From assembly GCF_009914755.1 (NCBI RefSeq), contig NC_060932.1: a DNA stretch of 64,000 nt. One strand, given 5' to 3'. The translations under genes and the position numbers were made by a program. This document shows, piece after piece, positions 51,122 to 64,000 of this stretch (position 1 is the first letter of the stretch; every line of letters begins with the position of its first letter). The notes beneath the pieces are model-generated. The model did no database searches and was not told where the DNA came from. It saw only the letters and a program-made list of their open reading frames with translations. This DNA is from the human T2T-CHM13v2.0 reference genome, Homo sapiens.

Positions 51122-54100
51122 TTAATTGCCAAGCAAGTGAATTGCTAAACATGTTTTTAATAATCTTAATTATAACTGAGCTCTGACTGTGGGAGCAGCT
51201 GGAAGCCCAGCGGAGAAGCGGCATTTGAGGTGTGAGGTCTGGTGCGTGAGTAGGAACGAGGGGCAGGTGGGGGTGAATGTATTCCAGGCCCAGGGAGAGA
51301 GGGAGGGGTGGAGCTCTTTGTGAATCTGAGGACTGTGGGTTGACTAGCGGCTGGCATGGCTAGGGGGCCTGGAGAGGGGCCCCATGTGTGTCAGATCCCC
51401 AGCTGGGGTGCCGTCCTCTGGGTGATGCCCCCAGGTGTGCTTTTGAAAGAGCAAAGTGCTGGGTGTTGGCTGGGAAGCCAGGATTGTGAATTTGTCAATT
51501 GACTGTCAGGGCTGTGCCACCCACACACCAGAAACCATGGCAGGGAAGGAGGCGGGTGGAGAGTGTGGGATAATGCTGGGGTGTGCCCACAGGTGGTCGG
51601 GGGATCCAGGGTCATCCTAGTGCTTACCTGAGGCTTGGTGCCCTGAGCCGCTAGGGTCCTGTTTTAGGTTATAACCGGTATTTGGCTGACAAGGCAGTTA
51701 GGGGCCAGGCTGTGAGGGCCTTTTAGGTCATGTTAGCGGCTTTTTTTGTGCTAATAGTCATAAGAACACGCTGAGTTTGTGGCTGGAATACCTTGCTGGG
51801 GGCTGTGTGAGGATGAGCGGGTTGGGGCCACGAGTGTCTGGGAGGAGCTGGCGTCTGGGGGGGATACTGCTGGTGGCATAGGAGACGGGAGAAGGTGATG
51901 GGCTCATGCTGTTTAGCAAGTGGGCCAGGCATGGTCATGGCCGGATAGGGAGCAGGTGTGGGCAGGTTGGGGCTGACGGCAAAGACGATGTCGTTGTGGG
52001 ACCGCCTTTGAGGGCCAGGTTGGGTTAGAAACCATGGAGCTGACATTGAGAATGTTCTCTGATCTGTTTTTAATTAGCACAGATGCAATCTTATATATTA
52101 GAGAAGATTTTAAGACACAATAAAAAATGCATGAACTTTGGTTTTCCATCCAGGCCTTGTTCTTTAGGTGTGAAAGTTGGGATTTACTTTTTTTTCATCT
52201 CCCTGATTTCATATTCATATGCAGCCTACCCTGAGATCATACTGGGATCTCAGGACAGAACTCTGTTGAGTCAAGACCTATGCAAGCTGAAAGATCGTCT
52301 GGTCAGGCCTCAGCTTTCATAGATGCGGAAACTGAGGCTGAACCTGGAATCCCCCTTCCCCTGAGCGCTGTCTCCCCACGCAGGCTCTGCCCAGCCACAC
52401 CCTCCTCACCCTGAGCTTGAGTCAGGAGAACGTTCTTTTAGCAGATCTCCCGCCTCCGGTCTCTCTCGGCTTGAAACCATCCTACACACAGCTGCCGGGA
52501 TAATCTTTCTGGAGCCATTTTTATCATGTCACTTCTCTGCATGCGGTGTTTTCTGTTGCGTTTTGGCAGACCCAGATTTCCCCTTTCTGGCTCTCGAGTT
52601 TTCTGCAAAATGTCCTCTTTCCTGGGGTGCCCGCAATGGGTCTTCCGGAATGTTTGCCTCAAGAAGCTGTTTCCGTGCAGTTCCCTGTTCGTGGCTCCCT
52701 GTTTCCCGCCATGGGGCCTTTGCACATGCTGCACCCCCACCTGGAATACTCGTCATCAACCCCCACCTCGTGCTGTTTTTCCTCATTGCTCTCTGTCCCC
52801 TTCCCTTTGCCATCTAACTCCCTTTCTGCTTTAAACTTGCTCCAAAAAATTCTTCCCTCCCCTGAACTCGGACCATTTCCTCACTTTTGGGTCCCTTTTA
52901 GCAGTGAGTTATCCACTTTACATTTATAGAATATGTAAAATACCGCAATCCAGCCAACCTGCCCTCATCCAGTGATGAAGCCCATCTGTGAAAAATGCTA
53001 AGAAGGCCCCCATGAGATTTATTGAAAACATGGTTTCCTTCATGTGTCGGCCATGGTGCAGTTGCATGAGACTCGATTCATTTAGCACCGTGTTTTGAGG
53101 ACTGTTGCTCTGAAAGTTGAATGACACCCGTAGGCACTGGGCTGATGGGATGTTCTGGTGGGTTCCTAAGCATGAGCCTTTGCTTCATTTGGGTTTTCCA
53201 TTTGGACCCGGCCATACCCTCCCCTGTGTCACGTGCTGCTCACAGCAGTTGACGGATGGTGCTGGGTCACAGGCTGTGTGGTCCACAGGCGGGCTGAGGG
53301 TTGGGATCGTACGGGACCATATCTGAGATCAGATGTCTTTGAATTAAAGATTGTGTGTCTTTGATTTTCCTATTTTAGGTTCATGTTTTTAGCAGAATCT
53401 AGAGGGTGTTGAAGTTGTTCTGAAGCTGTATCCAATTCCCTGGTGCTCTGCATGAAAGTCACTGTGTAATCAAAGACTGAGTCTCCTCTCGTGTATTTTA
53501 AACAGGAATCGGGGCACGTGTAGCAGGCATTCCCGAATGCGTCTTGTCTCCTCGTTTCCCACCTCTGCGCTCATTAGTGACTGCTGGGCGGCGTGGGGCA
53601 GGTGTGTGGGGTTGAGTCCTGGTGCTGCTTGCTGCCTTTGAGCAGTGAGGACATGGCTGTGCCCTTTACTGTCCCTGCCCTGTTATTTTATCTGTGAAAT
53701 GGAGATGATGGTAATTTCACCACTTACCATATGTGGCTGTTGGAAAGATCAGAATGAAAATGAGCTCACTGAAGCCTAAAAAGCAGGAGTGGCCATCCCG
53801 AGGTTCCCTCATGGCCAGGTGGACAGTGAAGCCAGGACTGATGGAGGGGCCCCTGTATTGTGAGCAATATTTCTTATTTTTGTTTCCAAAAATATTTTTT
53901 CTTCTGGCAAAAACTCGGTAGTGCCACATCTGTACTTTCTGAATAAACCTTGAAACAATCATGAAGGCCTTTCTGTAGGTAGAGGGTTACCTCGTTTCCC
54001 TGTTATTGCTTATCAGGTTGTATTTAAAAACTTAAAAATGATTTAATATTTATATATTTATAGATATTTTAAATAAAAGTAACATTTGCGTATAGTTTAC

Positions 54101-54222
54101 AAATCAAATAGTTCAGTAGGAGCTACAATTGAAAAGCAAGAACGTCTTGCTCCACCTCTGCCCATCCCAAGGTGCCCGGGAGAATCACCGTTAGTCACTG
54201 TTAAAGACTTCCTTTTCTGAAA

Positions 54223-54511
54223 TTTTATTTGAGACAGGGTCTTATTCTGTTGCCCAGGCTGGAGTGCAGTGGTGCAGTCATGACTCACTGCAGCTTCAAC
54301 CACCTGGGCTCAGGTGATTCTCCCACCTCAGACTCCTGAGTAGCTGGTACTACAGGTGTGCACCACCACACCTGGCTAATTTTTGTATTTTTTGTAGAAA
54401 TGTGGTCTTGCCATTTTGTCCAGGCTGGTCCTGAACTCCTGGGCTCAAGTGATCTACCCGCCTCAGCTCCCGAAGTGCTGAGATTACAGATGTGAGTCAC
54501 CATGCCCGGCC
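54223..54511 (-). mobile_element. Alu (AluJ-like)
   Basis: Antisense dimer. Confidence 0.9.
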
Positions 54512-54589
54512 AAGACTATTTTTCAAAGAGTTTTAGATACACAGCAAAATTGAGCAGAAGGCACAGAGAGTTCCTATCTAACCACTACC

Positions 54590-54968
54590 CTCCCCAACAG
54601 CCTTCCCATTATCAATAACCCCCACAACCTTCCCATTATCAATACCCCCAACAGCCTTCCCATTATCAATACCCCTGACAGCCTTCCCATTATCAATACC
54701 CCCCACAACCTTCCCATTATCAATACCCCCGACAGCCTTCCCATTATCAATACCCCTGACAGCTTTCCCATTATCAATACCCCCCACAACCTTCCCATTA
54801 TCAATACCCCCCACAGCCTTCCCGTTATCAATACCCCCGACAGCCTTCCCATTATCAATACCCCCCACAGCCTTCCTGTTATCAATACCCGCAACAGCCT
54901 CCCTGTTGTCAATACCCCCCACAGCCTCCCCATTATCAATACCCCCCACAGCCTCCCCATTATCAATA
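54590..54968. repeat. Minisatellite, 27-bp unit x~14
   Basis: CAGCCTTCCCATTATCAATACCCCCCA repeats. Confidence 0.95.
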
Positions 54969-55029
54969 CTGCCTTAGTGGTGTGTCTGCCACAGTGGATG
55001 GACCCACACTGATGCGTCATTGCCGTGTG

Positions 55030-55308
55030 GAGTCCATGGTTGACGTGGCTCCCCCTGGGCTGCACGTTTCCAGGGTTGGGACACGTTCCCGGGGTTGGGA
55101 CGGGTATGCACAGGTGTGTGACCAGCACTCCGGAGTCCACGGTTGACGTGGGGCTCCCTCCTGGGCTGCACATTCCTGGGGTTGGGACGGGTGTGCACAG
55201 GTGTGTGTCCAGCACTCCAGAGTCCACGGTTGATGTGGGGCTCCCCCCTGGGCTGCACGTTCCCGGGACTGGGACGGGTGTGCATAGGTCTGAGTCCAGC
55301 ACTCCGGT
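55030..55308. repeat. Tandem repeat, ~87-bp unit x~3
   Basis: GAGTCCA(C/T)GGTTGA anchors at 55030, 55133, 55220. Confidence 0.88.
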
Positions 55309-58300
55309 GTCCCCCAGGGCGGTTTCCCCATGTGACTCCCTGCGACTGGTTCCTGTGTGTAGCTCTGTGGGGATGACTTACACGCCCCTGATGTATCTAC
55401 TCTAGACATTAAGTATTTACTACCTCTTCCCCTCTCTCGATAGAATTGAAACGTTGCTTTTAGTTCTTCCTTTGCTAACTCATTAACTTTAAACGATAAA
55501 TTGCACCTTAATTTCTTGCTCTGTCAACTCTAGGCAGTGTCAGTTGACAGCCCAGCTTGCCGTGGAGAGATGCCAGCAGCTCCACGCTTACTTCTCATTT
55601 CGCTTCCACCACCCAGCAATTGTCAGGGTTGAGACCATTGAGAGTCTGTTTAGTAATCAGAGTTAATTTTGGTGCTTTTTTGTATAAGCCGAACATTGCA
55701 AATACATCTCTGTGTCCACCTTATGCTGACATTTTCCCTGCAGAGCTGACTGCTGCACACTGACGGTTTTCTTTCTTGTCCTTCCTGGAATTTCTGTGGC
55801 TTCTTCTTCTCTTGCATTTCCATCTTTATTCCTCTGAAAGGCATTCCAGAGGCCCAAGGGATGACACAGGCTTTTCAGTGTGACGCCTCCTGTCTCCTCC
55901 CTTGCTGCCTGATCTGCGGGGGTTTCTTTCCTGAAGTCTTCACTGTGACCTTCAGAATCAACTTCTCTTTAGGCCTGAATGCAGCCCTGTCCTTTCTAAC
56001 CCTTTCATCTCTCTCCTGGTTAGACCGATTGTTTCTGAAATTTCTCATGTTTTTCTGTCCTTATTTCCACCTTCATTTTGTTGATGTCCGTCTTCAAATA
56101 ATTTCCTAAAGTTTCTCATCTTGCCTGTCCAAAACTCTACCCTCATATATTTGAAAGTTTGGTTGGGTATAGAATTCTGACAGCAAAATAATTTTGCCTA
56201 AGAATTTTGAGGGCATTTTCCTTTCCTGAGTTTGTCGGCTTTAACTCAGTGTTGTTGCTGGGAAGCCTGATTTTTGTCCCTTTGCTGAAACTGACTCCTG
56301 CTCTCATGGCATAGTTTCTTCTCTTTATCCTTGTGTTCTAGAAACTCACAAAGGTGTGCATGGGTGTCAGGCATGTCCCTCAGTGCAGGGCTTCGCGAGC
56401 GCCTCCGATTGGGAGTTGCACGCATGCACCTGCTGCTTCCACAGGTGCTCGGCAGCGTCCCCCCACCCCTCCCACTTGCTCTCCTGTTGCTGGGTTTTGC
56501 TCTTCTCCTCAGGGTGCCTGCACCGAGAGCCACCATGCTGCGGGAGACCCTAATTCCCAGATCTTAGGTCTCAAATCAATTTTTGAGAGGAAGAATATTC
56601 CAATTTTGCGAGTGGGTGGTAGTTTCCAGGCTCATGGGCATTTTGATCGGGGGACATATGAGGACTGGCAGCTGACATGGTCGGTCCTGGCTAGCATCGA
56701 GTGTTTGCCTGTGCCGGGCGCCGTTCTGAACCATTCGCTCTCTGCACGTCGCTTGTGTCCCTTTCGTCTCTGCCCGGAGTGACCAGGCCTGGGTGTCTCA
56801 ATCCTGGCTTGGGGGGCCAGGCCCCTTCTCTGCTCCCCCCCACTTTACTTTCTCCTCTGCTCCCTTCCTCTCCAGTTCCCAGTGAATTGGTAGAACCTGC
56901 TGGTCTTCCACCCACGCCTTCCATCTCTGTGGATTTCTTTCTTTCTGAACTCCTTTACTGTCACTCACTGGGGGTTTGAAGGAAGAGGAGGCACATCCAT
57001 ACAGTTCCTCAACCACCTCGAATCGGGAGCAGACTGCAGTTCTATTGCATCACGGATTTTGGCTTGAAATGTAGTATAACTCTCTAACGTTATTCACGTA
57101 ATAATGGCCGGGCCTTCTGTAAGATTGTAGTTTTTTATATCTACATGGCGTTGCTTTTAAACAAAAATCTGTGGATTTTACAATTTCACAAGTGGACGTG
57201 TGGCTGAAAGGCCAGTGTGGGGGATCCTGGCCGGGATGGGCACTGGGTCCCCTCCATGCACCCTTAGGGAACATCTTCTTTCATGTTTGAAAGCAGAGAC
57301 ATCAGCAACCATGGAGTGAGAATCATTCCCGTGTGTCAGGCACTCCTGGAACCCTTCCTAGAAGACGGCCCGAAACGCGGAGCCAGCTCCCTCTATCCCT
57401 GAAATGAGTGCCTGAGGAAGAGCCTGAGGTCGCGCTGTCCTCACCCCTCTGTCCCGGGCTAGCTTCTTGCACCAGCTGTCCAGCCTGGCGTGCGACACCC
57501 TGCGGAGGAGGCCCTGGAGAGGGGATGGGGAAACGTTGGCCTCAAGACTGAGAAAGTGAACGCCCCTGAAGGCTGGATGAGGATGCTTCTGAAGCAGGAG
57601 ATTTTCGCTTGTTTTTAAGAAAACCCGAGGAGGAACTGATGAACCCGCCTCGGGTGCAGCATCCAGAATATTTACGATGATAGGTCGCTGTGGGTTTTGG
57701 CGTATATCTTCCAGGCAGTCAAAGGCTGTGCTATGTAACTGTCACAGAACTCCTGTGTGTCTCTTTGTGAGCAAAGTTTCTCATGCTCACGTCTAGAAAA
57801 ACAAAACATAATCCTAGAAGTAATGCTTGGCCCAATTAGTCCAACAGAAACTAATATTCATCCGTGGGAGAAAAAGCCCACTCTTACCATGAAGTGGTAG
57901 CAGTTTACTTTTTATGTGCAACTTATTACCAACGATATGGAATATCTTTGTCAAACTCTTGGGACCTCATGGTCACAGGGTGTTTTAAAATGTAAATTGT
58001 ATTTGCATATACGTCTTTGTTGCAGAGAAGTATAACATGATGGATGAGAACTTTCAAGCATGTAATAGGTTATTTTGGGATGAAATCTTTGGCTCAAATG
58101 GAGTGGAATTAAGAGGTGAAACAGAGTAAAAGTAACAGTGTCAAATTTGTTCACGTATTTAAGAGAAACCATTCCGAGTCGCCACTTTGCTGACTCCCAG
58201 GGGTCACCCCCTGCTTTGCAGAGCTCTTCTGCTTGCCACCTGGGCAGCCCTACCACGGCAGCCACCCAGTGAGTATGACTCTTGAGGTCCACTGAATACA

Positions 58301-58340
58301 TTTAAAGGAAGAAGGTGACAGTTTGGTTGATTGATTGAAG

Positions 58341-58626
58341 GAGACAGGGTCTCACTCTAGCCCAGGCTGGAGTGCGGTGGCACAGTCACCACAATCACAG
58401 CTCACTGCAGCCTCACCCTCCTGGGCTGCAGTGATCCTCCCCGTCAGCCTCCGGAGTAACTGGGATCACAGGTACACACCACTACACCAGGCTAGCTTTT
58501 GAATTTTTTGTAGATACAGAGTTTCACCATATTGCTCAGGCTGGTCTCCTACTCCTGGGCTCAAGCAGTCACTCACCTCGGCCTCCCAAAGTGCTGGGAT
58601 TACAGGCGTGAGCCACTGCGCCCAGC
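58341..58626 (-). mobile_element. Alu (AluJ-like)
   Basis: Antisense dimer with eroded tail. Confidence 0.88.
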
Positions 58627-61537
58627 TGACGGTTTTATTTAAATGTCCAGTAATGACAGTGGAGTAGGAATTAAGTCACTTGCAATACTTCACGAGTTAT
58701 TCAAAGAGGGATTGGAGAAAAAAAAAAAGGGAAGACGACTAGTTTAGGGAATCTGGAATCCAGAAATCTGGTGGGTTTAGGAGTGCAGGGACGAAGCTGA
58801 GCCCAGGCTGACCGTGCCCTGGAAGGAGCACGGCGTTGTGGAGACATGGACTATCAGCAGCGCAGCCGGGATGAGGACTGGGGTTAACCCGCACTTCCCT
58901 TCGCGTGCTACTGCTGTATTTATTGAGAAGGTTGCTTGTTAAGGACGCACATCGTATTGAAGTGAAGATCACTGTTACTGTTGTCACTCATCTTCTTGCA
59001 TATCAAGATAAAGAGCCCTCCATGGTTATCAGAAAAACTGCTTGAATCTGAAGGGGGAGCTTCACTGTTGCTGCCGTGCTCTTCTGCTGTTAGAAGTTGT
59101 TAAAGGAGGAGAACTTATCAATGGCATCTTGAATGGGATTTTGTTCCATAATTCGCACTTCTAAGACCATTCCTCATAGAATTTGCTCGAAAGGGTCTGT
59201 TGAGAATAAGAGAGATGGAGTGACAATTTATGATGGAAACACATGATGAGTGGCAGACGTTAGGCAGGTGAGCAGATGGTGGTGGTCGGTGGCGACCCAG
59301 AGAGGCAGTGCTGGCTGAGGAGAGGGCAGCACACCTCACCGGGGACTCGGTGTGTCCTTCGTCTCAAAGACAATACGTGTGTCCTGAGTGCAAGGCACTG
59401 AACACACATGAGGTGTGGAAAACCCGATACTTGGTGGTAGAATTTAAAAAAAATGAAAAGAATGAGGCAAACGATGAAATAGAAAATCCTTCTAACTGCA
59501 GTCTTGACTCATAGCTGATGATTTCCTTATTTAAAACAGTATTTAGAATTAAACAGAAAGTGACGGCCTCATAAAGTGAAACCAATTGGTGTTTGGAGGG
59601 CCAGGGCCTTTACTGTGTTTGGCTGAGCTTCCGGCTTTTAATTGGAAATTTTCATTTTTAAGAGTCTAGTTTGTTCCAATAGGGTGTGTATGTCTTAAGA
59701 CTTCCTAACCTGTAACCACATTTAGTTTTTGTGGTTTAAATAGACTGGCGAGGTACTGAGTCATGCCTCTCCCTCCTGAAGGCATGACATGCTGTCTGAA
59801 TTGGGCCAGGGCTCAGCACCGTGCCGCAGCTGCCACTCATCCTGCCTCATTTTGGCAATGAAGAGTCACAGGCGTGGATTTAGACTGGAAGGCTTCTCAC
59901 TACCCAGAGGTGAGGAAGTGTGGGGTACAACATTTTTATTCAAGTTTCCATCTAGAGAAATTGCTTCTATCACAAATCTTTTTAAACCTTTACTCGGTAA
60001 TTTTCTCACTTCCTATGAACTACTCCATCCATCCGAGAGAAGAAATGAGATCAAAACTTACATAAACGCCTATTATATACTTTGTCACTTCGCTGTTTAA
60101 AAAAGAACTATCATTTTCTTTTAAAACCCATCAATGTGTCTTCTGACAGGATAACAAGTAGGAAATACCTGTGGTGGAGCCCACAGACTCTGTGGCTGAT
60201 TTTGTGGTCTAGCCTTGTCACCCGAGTCCAAGCTCTTCTCAGTTTTATTGTTAGGTAATAAAAAATCACCCTCATGTTATTGATCAGTTATTTTTCTAGT
60301 TAGATACATCAGTAACCTCTACCGTAAGTACCATAAAACTGGCCCCATCACACACCTTGTGGTTGTAGTAGAGGAATGACTTGTGCCGTCTTCTAAGCTG
60401 TTGTGAAAGGGGCTCATAACTTGCAGGTTCTCTCATAGGTATAACTGTGACCTAAGCAAAAAAGCAGTCTATTCTAAATACTAGCCACAGAACTTTAAAA
60501 AAATTTGTACCAAAATTTACCTATAAATCCAGATGTTTCATATCTAACCTACTCAAAGCAAAATGAAGATTCAAGGAGAAAAATGAATGATTCCTCAGCA
60601 ACCAGAATAGATTCAATAAAGCTTGTGGCTGTTACTGATATAAATTGACAGTGACTAGTGGTAGTGAGCAAATTTTATTGAAAAGTTTGAATTGGCATTT
60701 AGAACGTATTTAGTAAAATTGGAGTATTGCAGAAAGGGACTTGAGGAAATGGGGCAGCTACAGTGGGTGGGGTGCCCGTCTCCACGCCCAGGTTTCAGGA
60801 TGAGTTTCTCTGCTGTTATCTGTTTTTATATTGGAGTTTTTCCATATGAGTTTATTTAAAAGATAACTTTATTACAAAAAAACCCTAATATGAGCTATAA
60901 GATTTTCAAGGGCTGTTCTAGGGGTAAAATGATCTGATAATGTATCAATGTTAAATACTGTATTTGGTAAAATATTTTTTTTCTTTAGTGTGCAGGTAGT
61001 TTTTTAATAATATCCTTAAACCTGTTATGCGGTGGATAGAAAACAACAAATTCTTTGTCAGGAGTCTAACAGTGTTAGTGCCATATGTTGGTGGAGATCA
61101 TTTTTGTTGACTTGTGCTGGAACCAAAATAATTATTAATTGCCAGATACGTGGCATTTGACCTGACTCAAATGACATTGGAATACAGCAGCCCTTGGGGC
61201 AGGCAAATGTCAGTCCAGTTTATATTGAAAACAGCACCCCAAAATGGTCCTGAAACAACAGTGACCCTAGGGAAAAAATTAATTTTTGTATAATATAAAC
61301 AAGGGTCACGTTTGGGACCTCTAAGACTCTATGGAGTTTCCTCTATGGTCAGCAACATGGTGCCTTCACCTCGTTGCTCTGCCGTCCTTGATGTCTGTCT
61401 TTCCCACTGTGGCACATGTGTGTACACACATGCATGTACACAGACACACACACACGCGATGATGCACACACAAATGCACAAACACACCCCCACACACATG
61501 CAACCACACACAGGTGCACACAAACATACCCACATAT

Positions 61538-61843
<306 letters not shown>

Positions 61844-62999
61844 CCAATCCACACAACTCACATACATGCAATCACACACAGCTGCACATACGTGCACATA
61901 TGCACACACACCCTAGGTGTGGGGTACATAACATCTGCCCCAAACCCTTTCCCAGTCAGCTCGTCACCCTGCGGTGTGGCTGCACACCCCTTGTTGGTCA
62001 ACCCTCGTGTGTGTTCAAGTCACACCTATGCTGGAGGCCATCCTTCCTCTATGTGAGCTGCAGCGTTCTTTGAAATTCGTCACATAAATCTTTCTAATGT
62101 CCTCCGGAATTGAACTCTGGGGTGACCCAAATTAGTGCAGCAAATATATTGTGATATAGATGAATTACAGCTGGTGCCTCTGCCTTTATCAATGTGTCCG
62201 GCGTTATTGGCTGTTGGAGTGAGAGCCAGATCTCATTCCACCAGCATTTCTCTCTGGGCAAGCACGCACATGCATGATACTTGGAGTGATCATGTCCGTT
62301 GACCAGTGGGCACCGTGCAGTCTCACAGAGGATGGTTTTCATTCTTTGAAAAGCAGCTTTTGTTTTACCAGAGTCAATCACCAAAGAACTAAGCTGTCCT
62401 GTCAACACTGCCAGCGTCAGACAGTTTAGCAGATGCAGTCCAGATGGACACTGTGTCCATCCTGAGGCTCGGCCAAAAGTGGTCTAAGAGCTGCTTATTC
62501 TTGGGCTGTGTTTTCTAGTTCCTTGGGTGGATGGGCGGCCTAGACTTGTAACATGTGAAGACCCGGGTGGGCAACAGTGAGGGGACATCCAAGGCCATGA
62601 CTCAGCAGGAGCACAGCTTCCTCCTCCTGGGGTGCACTGGCGTCAGGCGCCCATGAGATGGGAAAGCCAGGCTCTGAGATTCTGGATGACGAAGATCCTC
62701 AAGCACTGTAACTTCTAGGAAAGGAAGTTAGATCCAGGGTGCCATCCCCGGGGTGCATCTCCTCTTTTGAGGTTGGTGTCCTGGTTATGAGCCGTGTGTT
62801 TCTGCTGGGGCCACATCCACGGCTCCGCTTCTTCCTGGATCCTTGTGGTCCTGCATGATGGACCTTCCACTCTTGCTAGCAAGGAAATAAAAACACAGGA
62901 ACACCAGCCTGGTGAGCCACAGTTGTGGGAGGAAGTCAAGCAGTTCAAGGATGCCCAAAGGCACAGGTACAGGTGTTGCTGGCTACTGGCTGTTGACTG

Positions 63000-63303
63000 T
63001 TTTTTTTTTTTTTTTTTTTGAGACAGAGTTTCGGTCTGTCGCCCATTCTGGAGTGCAATGGTGCCATCTTGACTCGGTCTTGGCTCACTGCAAGCTCTGC
63101 CTCCCAGGTTCAAGCGATTCTCGTGCCTCAGTGGGTAGCTGGGATTAGAGGCACCTGGCACCCTGCCCGGCTAATTTTTGTATTTTTAGTAGAGACGGGG
63201 TTTCACCATGTTGGCCAGGCTGGTCTCGAACTCCTGACCTCGTGATCCACGTGCCTTGGCCTCCCAAAGTGCTGGGATTACAGGTACGAGCCACCACGCC
63301 AGG
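63000..63303 (-). mobile_element. Alu (AluS)
   Basis: Poly(T) plus antisense dimer with a small internal duplication. Confidence 0.92.
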
Positions 63304-64000
63304 ACGGCTGTTTAATTGTTTAAGGTACAAGGAGTTTGTGCATCAATCTTTAGGGTTGAGACATTATATTTCTACGGAGGTAGTGAGAATATTTGAGACA
63401 CAGGCTGCTATCTGCAGCTGCAGCAGAGCTTTGGGGTGAGCACTCTTGGTAAGTGGTTTAGAATTAGCAACTGATAGCAAGGTTTTTATCAAATTCAGTA
63501 AACTTGACCCTCAGGGAGAAGTTTCTTGCAGTAGAGGGCTTCATTTGTGCCAGTGATGACACAATAATCTCTTGAGATGGACATTTAAGCTGTTTTTTAC
63601 AATGTAAGAAGTAACCAAAGACATTAACTCAGAAAAGCAACACTTCTCTGATGTATAATTTAGAGGGACATGGTGGAGTGAAGGAAGATGTGCATTCTCT
63701 TTCAGCTCTCTAGTGTTTTCCCCACTTCCCGTGGGCTTTGGGAGTGTAATCAGAGGACAGGGAGATACAGGTCCCCTCACTCATTGTCCAGTTGGGTTTG
63801 AAATAAAAAGCAAGCTGGAGCCCGTTCACTGCAGCGTCTGAGGGAGGCCGGGGAGGCACTGCCACATGCTGGTCAGACAGGCATGTGGTAGCTGAGCCCT
63901 GCCTTTTGTTAGCATCTCCTCCTTATTCCTGAACCACTTCTAAGAGTAGTGTTGTGGTTATTTACTATACAGTCACTCAGACAAATTACTCAAATAACTG

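Larger units (their letters stand above)
54515..55350 (-). mobile_element. L1MC1-like 3'-terminal fragment, antisense, overgrown by two tandem repeats
   Basis: GTTTTAGATACACAGCAAAATTGAGCAGAAGGCACAGAGAGTTCC is the antisense L1MC1-type 3' terminus; downstream sequence is collinear with 5760-5960. Confidence 0.7.

Noticed and set aside
54574-55302. 242-aa ORF with GVLIMGRLW repeats
   Set aside because: Translation of the 27-bp (9-codon) minisatellite inside an L1 3' UTR.

Overview
Human (primate) genomic DNA, recognisable from two coding starts as the subtelomeric 8p23.3 ERICH1/DLGAP2 head-to-head locus. On the minus strand are ERICH1 coding exon 1 (26712-26733, MAAHRKH) and exon 2 (11433-11579, VFVEKVLQRLF...AEPLT); later exons lie left of the window. 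On the plus strand is DLGAP2 long-isoform exon 1 (ATG 33388, MSALRK, donor 33406), followed by intron to the window end. Each gene has its own CpG island, about 6.5 kb apart. The rest is intronic or intergenic: Alus, old L1M/L2/MIR, MaLR LTRs, a Tigger3a and about a dozen minisatellites. Almost all entries in the ORF track are artefacts of tandem repeats, CpG islands or Alus. I found no new protein-coding system. The best leads are: a near-consensus REST/RE1 site in ERICH1 intron 1; three minisatellites born inside two separate L1MC1 3'-UTR fossils with local GC drift; a 116-bp inverted templated copy of a minisatellite segment; a 36-bp array with 15 sense-strand GTAAGT motifs in DLGAP2 intron 1; a promoter-proximal 49-bp repeat carrying PRDM9 13-mer and E-box motifs; and a well-placed uORF just before the DLGAP2 start. 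Gene and repeat-family names come from recall of sequences, not from a database search, and repeat boundaries are approximate.
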